This document shows positions 8,917-19,300 of a DNA stretch of 64,000 bases, piece by piece. Both the position numbers and the translations under genes were made by a program. The stretch comes from an uncultured Candidatus Saccharibacteria bacterium. Lineage in GTDB: Bacteria; Patescibacteriota; Minisyncoccia; UBA6257; Colwellbacteraceae. The notes under the pieces are model-generated. The model ran no database searches. It was not told the DNA's origin and saw only the letters and a program-made list of their open reading frames with translations. The DNA lies in assembly GCA_964559765.1 (NCBI GenBank), contig CAZLHU010000002.1, positions 10,075-74,074 on the forward strand, in the 5' to 3' direction. Within the stretch, counting starts at the first letter, position 1; the number at the start of each line of letters is the position of its first letter.

Positions 8917-10464
8917 TTAATCCAGGATCTTTACTCCGACCGACGGCGATAAGCTGGAATTGTTATTATTGCCGGTATTTGAAGATCCGCCAGAACACTG
9001 AATTATTTGGGGCGAACCCGTCAATAACGCGGGATTGGCGCCTGAAGCATTCAGGCCATACACATAGAGATTGTGGCTCTTTCCGTCCGAAATACCGGAA
9101 AGATTGGCGCTAAAACCATGATTACCGCTGATGCCGTAGGTTGAATCGATATTATTCGGGCTGGCTGAAGCCGCTGGGAAATTGCCTAAATAAACGCCAG
9201 ACCCCTGGGAAGTGCCGTCGCGATAGACCGACACCCCCGTACTCTGAGAGGGATTGCTCGGATCGTAAGTCCAACCCGAGACTGAACAGGAAGAATTGCT
9301 GGTATTGGTTCCCAGAACTTGGCCTACTGGAGGAGGCGCCGCTTTAGTGACGACTATAACGGTCTGATCCTGGGACGCCAAATTCCCCTGCTCGACGACC
9401 ACCTTAGCCGTATATACCCCTGGAGAATTGTATGTACAGGATTGATATTCGGCATCTGCGGTCTGGCCATCAAGTTTGCCATCATATGGACTAGTTATGT
9501 TTGTGCCTGCGTCGGGCCTATTGCAATAAAATGTGTAATTGGTCGTGTCCTGGGGTTGATTGCTATTTAATACCGCGGTCAGATTTGCGGTCGCTGAAGT
9601 GCCATTGGATGGTATAGTTAGACTATTATTGTCCGCTGTCAGTGACACCGATAAAGTTGGCGGCGGAGGCGGGGCAGATACGAGATTGACGGACACTTCG
9701 CTGAACTTATCCACGGTCTCCTTTAGAGAACCGCCCCAGATAGACGTCCATATGTCGGCAAGCATCTGCCCTAAATTCGCGGTTATTAGATCGTTGAATA
9801 TACTTCGCGTAGATGAAAGTTCGCAAACTACGCCGAAGTAGTAATGTCCGACAGATTTATTTATGTTGAAAGTCTCGCTTCCGGTGCCGGGGACAATACC
9901 TTCATTCCAAGACCCATAAGTGGAACAGACCGTATTTGACGGATCTTCGCTTATGATATTCCAGTCCAGTTTGAAGGACGGCGTTGTGGATTTATAGCTC
10001 AAACTCTGCTGGCAATTGGATGAGAATGACAAGAAATCATCGCTATTGCCGTCAGCACAAAGACTGACGCCCATACCTACGCTCAAATTAGTGGGGGCCA
10101 GGACCAGAAGTGCCGCGGTGGCTGCGCCGCCAGCAGCGCCAACACCCTCTTCAGCTATCGCATCCGTGCCAGCCTCTTCGCCAGCAGATTCGACTGCGCT
10201 TGCAGAACCCTGCTCAAATAAAACGCCGCTGCCGTCCGTTGCAACGCTGCCTATAGACTGGCCGGCATCAGACCCGGTGGTTATTATTATGTTTCCGGCC
10301 GAATCTACGCTAAGACCCTGACCCTGTAAAATAGGCGGCGTATACATTGGCGACCCAGCCGTGACCGTTACGGAAGCCAACGCCGGGACAGCCCCTATCG
10401 AATAGAACACATAAACCAATATGGTCAGGTAACTTATTAAGGTTAATCCGCGCTTCGTTGTCAT
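8917..10464 (-). CDS. Secreted/anchored PKD-like repeat protein
   Basis: N-terminal hydrophobic signal/anchor, PPPPP linker, PKD-like YTFYCNRPDAG..YNSPGVYTAKVVVEQGN. Confidence 0.55.
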   Translation of the reverse strand: MTTKRGLTLISYLTILVYVFYSIGAVPALASVTVTAGSPMYTPPILQGQGLSVDSAGNIIITTGSDAGQSIGSVATDGSGVLFEQGSASAVESAGEEAGTDAIAEEGVGAAGGAATAALLVLAPTNLSVGMGVSLCADGNSDDFLSFSSNCQQSLSYKSTTPSFKLDWNIISEDPSNTVCSTYGSWNEGIVPGTGSETFNINKSVGHYYFGVVCELSSTRSIFNDLITANLGQMLADIWTSIWGGSLKETVDKFSEVSVNLVSAPPPPPTLSVSLTADNNSLTIPSNGTSATANLTAVLNSNQPQDTTNYTFYCNRPDAGTNITSPYDGKLDGQTADAEYQSCTYNSPGVYTAKVVVEQGNLASQDQTVIVVTKAAPPPVGQVLGTNTSNSSCSVSGWTYDPSNPSQSTGVSVYRDGTSQGSGVYLGNFPAASASPNNIDSTYGISGNHGFSANLSGISDGKSHNLYVYGLNASGANPALLTGSPQIIQCSGGSSNTGNNNNSSLSPSVGVKILD

Positions 10465-10853
10465 TTTGATACCACTTTTAGCTGCTTCATATAGTAAGTG
10501 CCATTATATAGACAATTCAGCGTATAAAAGTATGTTCCGCTGGCTAAATTGCCTATGTACATATTGCCATTGTAACTCACGTCTCTAATAGGATTGCCAT
10601 ATTTATCAAACCCCCCCAATGAACATTGGGATCCGGAAAGGCTTTTATCGACAGACCACTCTATGCTTAGAGGCTGATTGACACCTACGTACGCAGTACT
10701 GGTTGTGCTGCCAGACACACTTAAGCTCAGAAGACTGGAATCCCGATGGATACCGGTGTAAACCAATTGATAAACCGCCACACACACAAACACTAGGATG
10801 ATAAAGCCGATTATGCCGACAACCCAAATTAACAATGACTTACTTAACTTCAT
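10461..10853 (-). CDS. Small membrane-anchored extracellular protein
   Basis: N-terminal TM helix (LLIWVVGIIGFIILVFVCVAVYQLV); overlaps the upstream gene by 4 bp. Confidence 0.5.
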   Translation of the reverse strand: MKLSKSLLIWVVGIIGFIILVFVCVAVYQLVYTGIHRDSSLLSLSVSGSTTSTAYVGVNQPLSIEWSVDKSLSGSQCSLGGFDKYGNPIRDVSYNGNMYIGNLASGTYFYTLNCLYNGTYYMKQLKVVSK

Positions 10854-10927
10854 TGAGGTTATTTATATTATACATCATCTATATGTCCAAGCCAGACATT
10901 GAACCTTTCCGATGGGCGTCATGAGTC

Positions 10928-10959
10928 AAAAAAACAGCAAGTATTAACTTGCTGTTTTT
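10928..10959. terminator. Bidirectional intrinsic terminator (perfect 14-nt inverted repeat with A/T runs on both sides)
   Basis: aaaaaacagcaagt-atta-acttgctgtttttt. It overlaps the last codons of the 10944..11384 gene. Confidence 0.65.
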
Positions 10960-11384
10960 TGGGACCCGATTACCAGGCCGTAAAGCAGAGTGTGTCTGCC
11001 GCCCACGTACCACCGGTACATCTCGTAGCTGGCCAGACCGACGATAAGGCCGATCAGAACCGTATAGCCGAGTGTCTGCACTGTTACAGATCCGGCTATT
11101 GCGAGAACCACCGACACGCTGAGCAAAATCGACCAGATCGGAAAGACCAGATAGTCTTTCTTGACCTTGAACAACTTGCACACCAATGCCGGTACCCCCA
11201 GGACGATCGCGAGGATCGCTCCGTAGGTGATTACGTTCACTAGCACTGACTCCAGCGCCACTGACACGGTAATACCGGTAATCGCTGCCACTACAGGCAC
11301 GCCGATAGCGAGCACGACGCACACCGCCAGAACAAACAGAAGAAAGTTCTTCATTGTTATAAGCTTGTCTGTTTCGCGTCCCAA
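10944..11384 (-). CDS. Multi-pass integral membrane protein, unknown function
   Basis: Four predicted hydrophobic helices and a coding-like hydrophobic composition. The alternative frames (10879..11322 -, 10899..11243 +) are Arg-rich nonsense. Confidence 0.5.
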   Translation of the reverse strand: MGRETDKLITMKNFLLFVLAVCVVLAIGVPVVAAITGITVSVALESVLVNVITYGAILAIVLGVPALVCKLFKVKKDYLVFPIWSILLSVSVVLAIAGSVTVQTLGYTVLIGLIVGLASYEMYRWYVGGRHTLLYGLVIGSQKTAS

Positions 11385-11535
11385 TTAGATAGAGACTTCA
11401 CAGACAGCTTGGTTATTTTTTGTGCAGTGTTTCGACTTTGCATTAATAGATTAAAAACCAAGACGCCTGTTGGCATCTCACATCTCGTCTATTAAAGAAC
11501 ACTTGATATATCTATACAATATTTGACTGCAAATG

Positions 11536-12156
11536 TCAAGACTTAGTTTTGAATACGACGAACTTATAGCCTATGTAATTCCAGGCCAAAGCAATGATGC
11601 TGGCCATTATGGCGCCAACGTTGGCCCAGCGAGCCGGCGATATCGAACCGATCGGAGGAATAAAATTGACGATCAGCGAGGCTATCCCGATATTTATGGC
11701 GAATCCGATGAGACTGACTATAAAAAACTGCCCCACTTCCACTACATTGATGGATTTTTTGGAATCGAACGTCCAGTATTTATTCCAAAAATAACTGTTG
11801 ATGTTAGCGACTATGAATGATGTCGATTTGAACAGGACATACCATAGCCCGGAAGCGAAGCCTGACAGCAATATAAGCGCATTCAAAACACCGAGGTCTA
11901 TCAGAGTATTCAGTGCCCCTATCGCAACGTATTTGGCCATCTGCAGGAATACCGGGATCGCCTTACTTATTAGATAGGACAGCCATAGGGCGACTATCGA
12001 GAAAAGGACGAGTCCGATAACTATGGCCACGGATTCAGCCGGAGACAGAGTCAAAAAAGACAACTTTATGTTCGCCAATATCGGCAGCAACAACAGCCCA
12101 ATCGCAAGTCCGATTATGGATATCAGGAGATAATCCCTCTTTGTAAGGACTGACAT
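11536..12156 (-). CDS. GtrA-like membrane protein (polysaccharide/lipid-linked sugar translocation family)
   Basis: Four TM helices and the C-terminal WNYIGYKFVVFK motif typical of the GtrA family. Confidence 0.55.
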   Translation of the reverse strand: MSVLTKRDYLLISIIGLAIGLLLLPILANIKLSFLTLSPAESVAIVIGLVLFSIVALWLSYLISKAIPVFLQMAKYVAIGALNTLIDLGVLNALILLSGFASGLWYVLFKSTSFIVANINSYFWNKYWTFDSKKSINVVEVGQFFIVSLIGFAINIGIASLIVNFIPPIGSISPARWANVGAIMASIIALAWNYIGYKFVVFKTKS

Positions 12157-12174
12157 TCGATGTCTATGAGTCGT

Positions 12175-12921
12175 CTATTGAATCGCGTAAGTTATGCTGA
12201 CCGTGTCGGTCAACTGTTGAGTGCCCGATTCAATTGTAGGAGCGACAGCGGAACCCATCGTAGCGGCTGGGGCCGACATTTCGTTATATACGGGGAATGG
12301 CTCGACGCCGTTAGTGGATTCGGTAAAATTGACGATTTCTCCAAGCTGCACTCCGTTGTCTGCGGCCATTTGTTCCGCCTTGAGCTGCGCCTTGGTGAAT
12401 GCCTCGTTTCTTGCGGTGGCAAGGTGGCTATCTGGGTCCTCTATGCTGAAACTGACCTGGCCTATTTGATTCACTCCGAGATTCGCCAATCCGGCCAACA
12501 GCGTCGGTATCTTGGTGAAGTCCCTTATCTTAACCGTTTCGGTCTCTGTTATCGTATAGCTGACTATGGAAGTTTTTCCGGTCTTAGGAAGATAGTTGTA
12601 ATTCGGCGACAAATTATAGTCGGTGGTGGCGATATCATTTGAATCGACGCCCTGCTGCTTAACGAAACTTATCGCGGCATTCATCTGAGTGGCGTTGTCG
12701 GCTTCTATCTTGACCGGGTCGGCACCGATGGTCACCTCAGAGAAAGATACAGTCGCCAGATCGGGGGCAACGGTCGTCTGCGCATTGGCACTGACAGTGA
12801 CGGTGCGGACCGGCATAAGTGAGTTGCCCCACTTTATGACGCTTGGCACTATACCGACTATGCCGATTATTATTGTTAATATTAGAACCGCTTTTGTATT
12901 TTTATATGAGTTTTCTGACAT
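12175..12921 (-). CDS. SIMPL (DUF541) domain protein, YggE-like
   Basis: N-terminal anchor, then TVTVSANAQTTVAPDLATVSFSEVT..AAISFVKQQGV and a C-terminal SIMPL-like half. Confidence 0.6.
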   Translation of the reverse strand: MSENSYKNTKAVLILTIIIGIVGIVPSVIKWGNSLMPVRTVTVSANAQTTVAPDLATVSFSEVTIGADPVKIEADNATQMNAAISFVKQQGVDSNDIATTDYNLSPNYNYLPKTGKTSIVSYTITETETVKIRDFTKIPTLLAGLANLGVNQIGQVSFSIEDPDSHLATARNEAFTKAQLKAEQMAADNGVQLGEIVNFTESTNGVEPFPVYNEMSAPAATMGSAVAPTIESGTQQLTDTVSITYAIQ

Positions 12922-12942
12922 GGCTTAATTATACAACAATTG

Positions 12943-13638
12943 CTATCGACTTACCTTGATTATCTTATTGAACTCTGCGGACTTGAGGCTCGCTCCCCCT
13001 ATCAGCGCCCCAGATATGTCTGGATTCGAAAGAAACCTATCGGCGTTGCCGGCGTTCACCGAACCTCCGTACAACACTTTTACCGGGCCCAATCGGCTCC
13101 TGATGACCCTAGCCACTCTTGAGGTGTGCTCTGGGGAATCGCTGAATCCGGTCCCTATTGCCCATATCGGCTCATAGGCTACGATGATTTTCTCGAAATT
13201 ACGCAGCCCGAACAGATCCAGCCTCAATTGCGTATTTATGAACTTAATGGCCTCTTCCTGGTTCGTCTTGAATTCAGATCCCTCGCCGACACACAGGACG
13301 GGCGTCAGGCCTCCATCCAAGACGGAGACTAGTTTGCGGTTTATGATCGCATCCGTTTCATTCAGATTTTTGCGCCGTTCGGAATGGCCGAGTATCACAT
13401 ACTTGACCCCCAGTTTCTTCAATTGGCTCACCGATACCTCGCCGGTGTACGGACCATCGGACCAAAATGCGTCTTGGGCGCCCAATTTGGCCTTATGTAT
13501 AACATTTCTCACGTCAGCCAAAAACGGAAAAGGCGGGGCGATGACCACGCCCGCGTGGTCTATCCCCTTTGCCAGCTTTACGGCGTCGGAGGAAGTCTTC
13601 GGGTTCGCTTTCCAATTGGCGATAAGTAATTTTGTCAT
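12943..13638 (-). CDS. tpiA: Triosephosphate isomerase
   Basis: ANWKAN, ILGHSERR, AYEPIWAIGTG and YGGSV motifs. Confidence 0.9.
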   Translation of the reverse strand: MTKLLIANWKANPKTSSDAVKLAKGIDHAGVVIAPPFPFLADVRNVIHKAKLGAQDAFWSDGPYTGEVSVSQLKKLGVKYVILGHSERRKNLNETDAIINRKLVSVLDGGLTPVLCVGEGSEFKTNQEEAIKFINTQLRLDLFGLRNFEKIIVAYEPIWAIGTGFSDSPEHTSRVARVIRSRLGPVKVLYGGSVNAGNADRFLSNPDISGALIGGASLKSAEFNKIIKVSR

Positions 13639-13685
13639 CGACTATAATTTTAGCACTGATAATCTGCGATGGGTATCGCACCCCG

Positions 13686-14321
13686 TCACTTGTTCGTTAT
13701 CTTTCCCCTCTTTCTCTTGCCAAACCTGCGGTTTACTTCCAGCAATATCCCCAGGACGATGAACGCCATAACCAAATAATCGAATTGCCTGAAGTACGGT
13801 TCGATGGCTATCCAGTTGTAGCCCGCGACATAACCGATATAGGCAAGTACGGCGGACCAGATAAAGGAGCCTATAAAAGTGAGTAAAATGAAATGCTTAA
13901 GATTTATCCTGGACATGCCGGCCGGGAACGAAATAAATGTCCTTACGACGGGAAAGAACCGGCCCAAAAACACCATGGCCAGCCCGCGATTTTCCAACCA
14001 GCCGTGAACCCGCGTGACCTCTTCCGAGCTGACTAAGCGGGCTTTTTCAAGAAGAACGACAGCTTGCCGCTGGTATCTGTAGCCCAACCAATAATTTATA
14101 AGCGAGCCGAAGAGATTGCCGAGAGAGGCGACCAATATAACCAGCACGACATCGAATCTGCCCGTATAGGCCAGAAACCCTGCGAACAGCAGTATTATCT
14201 CCGAGGGAACGGGTACGTCCGCGCTCTCCAGGGTCATGAGGATGAAAACGCCCCAATACCCCAGACCGGATATCACAAACAATATGAATGTAGATACTCC
14301 CAAAGCCAGTGAATAGACCAT
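13686..14321 (-). CDS. DedA/SNARE-associated (TVP38) family membrane protein
   Basis: DedA core LFAGFLAYTGRFD..GRFFPVVRTFISFPAGM. Confidence 0.7.
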   Translation of the reverse strand: MVYSLALGVSTFILFVISGLGYWGVFILMTLESADVPVPSEIILLFAGFLAYTGRFDVVLVILVASLGNLFGSLINYWLGYRYQRQAVVLLEKARLVSSEEVTRVHGWLENRGLAMVFLGRFFPVVRTFISFPAGMSRINLKHFILLTFIGSFIWSAVLAYIGYVAGYNWIAIEPYFRQFDYLVMAFIVLGILLEVNRRFGKRKRGKITNK

Positions 14322-14333
14322 CCTGGGTCGTAA

Positions 14334-15320
14334 CTATTTTCGCAGGAATTCCGCGGCCGTATCAGGATCAACAACGTTTATTTCTATTCCCGTGTCCAAT
14401 TCAAAGCCGCCTTCTATCTGGATCTTCGGCTTTATTTCGATATGCCAGTGATAGTGGGTGTTCTTGTCCTTCCCCACCGTCGGAGCCGTGTTAAGGAAAA
14501 AGTTGTAATCCGGGTATTTTAATTTCTTTTCTATTTTCTTCAGAGATCTGTGCAACGCCTCAGTTACAGAACCCAAGACCTCTGGACTGGTGTCTTCGAA
14601 GAAGGAAATGTGCTTTTTGGGGAAGACTTTTATTTCAAAAGGATTGTGGGAGACAAATGGAGCGAAGGCTATGGCCTCGTCGTTCTCATAGATAACGCGC
14701 TTCTTCTGGCTCTTCTCCCATTTGATCGCCGTACAATATACGCATCGATTGTTGTCACGATAATATTTTGCCGAGCCCGTGAGGGAGTGTTGTATGATGG
14801 GTGGTATTATCGGCATGGTTATTATCTGATAGTGGGGGTGGTATATCGATGCCCCGGCGTTCAACCCCCAATTGTGGAATATCGATATGTAAGCGACATA
14901 GGAATCTTCCATCAGCATCTTGTAGCGGCGTCTGAACGTTTCCATGACTAATCGGGCCTCTTCCAACGGGAGCTTAGGAAAGTTCTTGTTGTGATCCCTG
15001 GTAACTATGAGATCGTGATGCCCTACGCCGGGAATCACGAAGAATGGGCCCTGCTTTGCCACGACGGACATGATTCCTTCATGGGTCACGGCCGGGAATT
15101 TATTGGGCACCACTTGTATCCATGGGCTCTCTTTAGGCGGACTGACTATTATCGGGAATCCCCCACCTGCTTTTTCCGGATTTTCAAAAAGACAGCCTTT
15201 TTTAGAAGGGCGCTTGGGTTTGTCCTTATTTATAAATTGCTGGGGCCTGTTCTTTCTCCCAGGGGCGACCAGAATCCAATCCCCAGATACGATATCCTGC
15301 CTTAATTCCGACTGGGCCAT
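14334..15320 (-). CDS. galT: Galactose-1-phosphate uridylyltransferase (HIT superfamily)
   Basis: Active-site HPHYQ, CVYC zinc site, HYHWHIE second half-site. Confidence 0.75.
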   Translation of the reverse strand: MAQSELRQDIVSGDWILVAPGRKNRPQQFINKDKPKRPSKKGCLFENPEKAGGGFPIIVSPPKESPWIQVVPNKFPAVTHEGIMSVVAKQGPFFVIPGVGHHDLIVTRDHNKNFPKLPLEEARLVMETFRRRYKMLMEDSYVAYISIFHNWGLNAGASIYHPHYQIITMPIIPPIIQHSLTGSAKYYRDNNRCVYCTAIKWEKSQKKRVIYENDEAIAFAPFVSHNPFEIKVFPKKHISFFEDTSPEVLGSVTEALHRSLKKIEKKLKYPDYNFFLNTAPTVGKDKNTHYHWHIEIKPKIQIEGGFELDTGIEINVVDPDTAAEFLRK

Positions 15321-15325
15321 ATGAT

Positions 15326-17179
15326 CTAACTTTTAGCGTTTGCTATCCTGTTTTGATAGTACCACGACAGTACGTCCTTAGCTATCGGAACCGCGTTAAG
15401 AATACTTTCATAACCGTTCTCAATAAGAACCATGACTTCAATCTGCGGATTGGTGGCTGGGGCGTAACCGATGAAGATGGCGTTGACCCTGGTATTGCCG
15501 TTGGTCTGTGCACTACCCGTCTTGGCGGCAACCGAAAACGGAAGCGTGTGCAGATCATATGACGTGCCATAGGGCTTAGACACTCCGTCATCCATACCTT
15601 GTTGGACCTGTGCGAACTCCGGCGCAAAAGAGGATAGGTCGAATAGTTCCGTCGAGGCCGTATCCAGCAGCATATGCGGCTTATAAGCTATGCCGCTATT
15701 CGCGACGGATTCGATGTAGTCCACAAGCTGGATCGGGGTCAGCTGCAGATCGCCTTGTCCGATGGCGACGTTATAAGTATCGCCCAACAACCAAGGCTTG
15801 CCCGTAGTCTTTTGGAATTCTGTCGGATTGGGCAGGAATCCGCTCGCTTCTCCGGGCATGTCTATGCCCGTCGGCTTTCCGAGTCCGAATGTCTGCCACC
15901 ACTGGTTAAGACTGGTGGGGCCGATGCCCGTGATTCCGTAGTCGCTCGGATCGTTCAGCAGGGGCGTCGTCCGATTGGGCGACCCTCCTACGGTAACATA
16001 AAAATACACGTCGCTGGAACGGGCCAGCGCGGAATAGAGGTCCACGAAACCTTGAGGTTGCCAGTCCATAAACTTTGTCGGATTGGACGAGTCATACGGG
16101 TTGGGCACGTACATATAACCCACCGACATAACCTGCCTTGTCGGACTTATGTTCCCTGCCTGCAGCACGGCGACCGCATCGAGCGGCTTGATAGTCGAAC
16201 CCGGGCTGTACTGCCCGCCGACGGCGCGATTGAACAAAGGTTGATTGGGATCGTTCAGCGACGCAGCGACGTTGTTTGGATCGTACGTTGGGAAACTTAC
16301 CATCGCTAGGACTTGGCCATTCCGCGGGTCTATGGCAACCCCCACGCCATTTGTACGATTGAGCCCCTGAAGACCACTCAACATGCGATTATAGAAATAT
16401 TCCTGGAAAGGCCCGTCGATGGTGGTCGTCACATTCTGCCCGGGCTGCGGCGAAATTATGGTCTGCGGCCCTTCTATCTTGCCGGTAGCATCTCTTGGAG
16501 TAACGGTTTCGCCGTCCACGCCGCGCAGGTCGCTGTCGTAATAGCTTTCCAAACCCGCCAATCCCTGAATCTGGTCGTTGCTGCTGGTCTGGCCAACATA
16601 TCCGACCACGGTCGAAAAAGCCTGCGGGTCGTTGGGATACAAACGCTCATAGTCGTTTTCCACCTTGATTGCGGACAAGTTAAGGCTTTGCAGCGAAATG
16701 AGCTGCTCGCGACTGACATTGCGCAGCAATAATATCTGGCTCCCCTTCTCCAAGTCAGTGCTGGAAATTTCAGAAGTGAGCTGACTGCCGCTTATGCCCA
16801 ATATATTCTCCGCTGCATTGAACACCTGGTCCTGTTCGCCGTTCTTTATCATATCGGCCACATCAAGATAGGCACTGAACACGGGTTGATTCTCCGCTAA
16901 CGGCGTACCGAAACGGTCGGTTATTAAGCCCCGCGGAGCTACTATCGGGGTCGTCTCATTGGCGTTCTGTTTAGCAAGGGAGCTGTAGTGGGAATAGTCC
17001 AAGGTGCCCATTACGACGAGGCGGACGGAAACGGCGACGGCAAACAACGACACCACCAAGAATAACAACCAAAATACTCGCGATCGCAACGGCTGTTCTT
17101 TCTGAGTCAATCCCGGGAAGGTGCTGTCGGCTACGGTCTCGTCTAGGTCTATGTTTTTATTTATATACTTTTTTGCCAT
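15326..17179 (-). CDS. mrdA: Penicillin-binding protein 2 / peptidoglycan D,D-transpeptidase
   Basis: N-terminal anchor, SxxK (STIKP) and KTG (KTGSAQ) motifs. Sits directly after mreBCD. Confidence 0.85.
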   Translation of the reverse strand: MAKKYINKNIDLDETVADSTFPGLTQKEQPLRSRVFWLLFLVVSLFAVAVSVRLVVMGTLDYSHYSSLAKQNANETTPIVAPRGLITDRFGTPLAENQPVFSAYLDVADMIKNGEQDQVFNAAENILGISGSQLTSEISSTDLEKGSQILLLRNVSREQLISLQSLNLSAIKVENDYERLYPNDPQAFSTVVGYVGQTSSNDQIQGLAGLESYYDSDLRGVDGETVTPRDATGKIEGPQTIISPQPGQNVTTTIDGPFQEYFYNRMLSGLQGLNRTNGVGVAIDPRNGQVLAMVSFPTYDPNNVAASLNDPNQPLFNRAVGGQYSPGSTIKPLDAVAVLQAGNISPTRQVMSVGYMYVPNPYDSSNPTKFMDWQPQGFVDLYSALARSSDVYFYVTVGGSPNRTTPLLNDPSDYGITGIGPTSLNQWWQTFGLGKPTGIDMPGEASGFLPNPTEFQKTTGKPWLLGDTYNVAIGQGDLQLTPIQLVDYIESVANSGIAYKPHMLLDTASTELFDLSSFAPEFAQVQQGMDDGVSKPYGTSYDLHTLPFSVAAKTGSAQTNGNTRVNAIFIGYAPATNPQIEVMVLIENGYESILNAVPIAKDVLSWYYQNRIANAKS

Positions 17180-17597
17180 AAGACGAACTTAAAATAGTAT
17201 ATATCGGCACAACTAATACAAGATTATAGGCTATTTCGGTCAGAACCACGCTCAACTGTACGTGGCCGTAAACATTCATCAGCACCGTGGTTACAAGCGT
17301 CACCGCGCCCAAGACCAGGTATTGTTGGAAATTGACGTAATCGAAAACTACCGCGCTCACCACCATCAGTCCCAGGAAGATCAGGCTATATATGTCGGGG
17401 TTGGGTCCGAACTGGAGCATAAATTCGCCGATCAATATGAACGCCAAACGGTCGACCCAGTCGCGGTCGCTTATCACCATAGCAAGCACAAGCACCATGA
17501 CAAGGTCCGGTTTCACGCCCATAAAAACGAACCAGGTCGCGGATTGCAACAATCCGGCGAATATTATTAGCAAAAGATTAATCGTGAACCGTAACAT
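17157..17597 (-). CDS. mreD: Rod shape-determining protein MreD
   Basis: Five-TM hydrophobic small protein between mreC and PBP2. Confidence 0.7.
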   Translation of the reverse strand: MLRFTINLLLIIFAGLLQSATWFVFMGVKPDLVMVLVLAMVISDRDWVDRLAFILIGEFMLQFGPNPDIYSLIFLGLMVVSAVVFDYVNFQQYLVLGAVTLVTTVLMNVYGHVQLSVVLTEIAYNLVLVVPIYTILSSSYGKKVYK

Positions 17598-18252
17598 TTC
17601 GTAAGTCGGATATGTCGACTTCCGTCTGCAAGGCGGCCTGGCGGAAGACGCTGTTAGGCGTATCGCTGATATTCTCTACAACCCCCACTTCCATGCCGTA
17701 TGGAAATCCGCTTGCCGCCGCTATGACCATATCTCCGACATTGATCTGCCCGTTCTGAGGTATCAAAGTTACCGTCGGAGACACGCCCCCTTGAAGCAAT
17801 CCGTCTATCTGCGAGCTCCCTATCCTCACCGCCATCTGCCAAGAAGGGTCGAAGACGGTCGACACTATACTTGAATCCCCGAGCACGGTGATCACTTTCC
17901 CTATGAGCACGTTGCTGCCCCACGTCACAACATCCCCCTCTTTGACGCCCTCGTTCGATCCGGCGGCAATCAATATCTCTTGTTTACTGTTCAAAGGATA
18001 ATCCGAATATACTTCGACCGTATTCGTGGGACTGGTAAGACTCTGATCAAACAACTGCACACGCAATGAGGCGTTCTCTTGCTGCAGCGCCGTCACCTCG
18101 CTGTTCAAGTTGGAATTGGATGAAGTGACCACTCCGCCTATCTTGCCTATGGCGGCCGTTCCCAGAGACTTTCCTCCGACAACAAACTGATAGTGCCCCA
18201 CAAATAGAACCACGGCTATGACTATAACGATTAAGGCGAAAACCCGCCTCAT
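17578..18252 (-). CDS. mreC: Rod shape-determining protein MreC
   Basis: N-terminal anchor, coiled-coil (EVTALQQENASLRVQL), beta-rich C-terminus, position after mreB. Confidence 0.8.
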   Translation of the reverse strand: MRRVFALIVIVIAVVLFVGHYQFVVGGKSLGTAAIGKIGGVVTSSNSNLNSEVTALQQENASLRVQLFDQSLTSPTNTVEVYSDYPLNSKQEILIAAGSNEGVKEGDVVTWGSNVLIGKVITVLGDSSIVSTVFDPSWQMAVRIGSSQIDGLLQGGVSPTVTLIPQNGQINVGDMVIAAASGFPYGMEVGVVENISDTPNSVFRQAALQTEVDISDLRNVTVHD

Positions 18253-18253
18253 A

Positions 18254-19300
18254 TCATATATTTATGATCTTCGGTTTCGGCTGGTTAGACAGGATAGCTT
18301 CGTACTTAGGCAGGTCCTCAACTATGACGCCGAGCCCCCTTACGACGCAGGTCAACGGATCGTCGACCAATCTGGTCTTTACGGTCGTCTCTCTTTCTAT
18401 GTATTGATCCAAACCAATAAGCAAGCTGCCTCCTCCGGACAGATATATGCCGCGCTTAAGGATATCTCCCACAAGCTCGGGCGGGGCTTCTTCGATTATC
18501 TCGCGTACGGTCTCAACTATCGATTTGAGCGATTTCTGCATGGCGGCACGGATATGAGTGCTTTTCACGACAATCTCCTTCGGCAGCCCCGTGGACATGT
18601 CCCGGCCACGTATGGACATCTCCAACTTTTCATCCTGCGGTATGGCCGCCCCAATAGTCATCTTCAGCTCTTCAGCTGTCGGCTCGCCTATCAAAAGCTT
18701 GAACTCGTCCTTTATGAAACGGACTATGTCTTCGTTCAGCCTCTGACCAGCGACCTTGAGACTTCTTGAGATCACCGTTCCTCCGACGGAAATGATCGAT
18801 ATTTCACTGGTGCCGCCGCCGATATCGACGATCATATTGGCCGTCGCCTCCTCAATGGGCAGCCTTCCGCCTATAGCCGAAGCTATAGGCTCTTCAACCA
18901 AAAGCACCTTCGATATACCAGCGGAAACAGCCGCGTCCTCAACTGACTTGCGCTCAACCTCGGTCAAGTTGGTGGGAACGCATATCGCGGCGAAATTGTA
19001 TCGGGAGAAAAATCCTTCGCCACCGATCTTGTCCAGGAAATACTTTATGATTGCCTCGGTCATCTCAAAGTCGGATATGACGCCGCCGATGAGCGGCTTA
19101 ATCAGGCTGATGTGCGCTGGAGACCGATCCAACATCTTCTTCGCCTCGCTGCCGATGACCAAAATCTGCCCGGTACGGTTGTTCAAAGCAACCAAAGTTG
19201 GTTCGTTGACGACGATGCCCTGTCCCTGGAGATACACCAAGAAATTGGCCGTGCCCAAATCTATGCCTACGTTTTTATAAAAGTTTCGAAACAGTGCCAT
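18254..19300 (-). CDS. mreB: Rod shape-determining actin homolog MreB
   Basis: IDLGTANFLVY, phosphate-2 DIGGGTSE, LSGGGSLL motifs. Confidence 0.9.
   Translation of the reverse strand: MALFRNFYKNVGIDLGTANFLVYLQGQGIVVNEPTLVALNNRTGQILVIGSEAKKMLDRSPAHISLIKPLIGGVISDFEMTEAIIKYFLDKIGGEGFFSRYNFAAICVPTNLTEVERKSVEDAAVSAGISKVLLVEEPIASAIGGRLPIEEATANMIVDIGGGTSEISIISVGGTVISRSLKVAGQRLNEDIVRFIKDEFKLLIGEPTAEELKMTIGAAIPQDEKLEMSIRGRDMSTGLPKEIVVKSTHIRAAMQKSLKSIVETVREIIEEAPPELVGDILKRGIYLSGGGSLLIGLDQYIERETTVKTRLVDDPLTCVVRGLGVIVEDLPKYEAILSNQPKPKIINI

Noticed and set aside
10879-11322. Alternative ORFs 10879..11322 (-) and 10899..11243 (+) at the membrane-protein locus
   Set aside because: Their translations are Arg-rich and low in hydrophobic periodicity. 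The 10944..11384 frame gives a coherent four-helix membrane protein.
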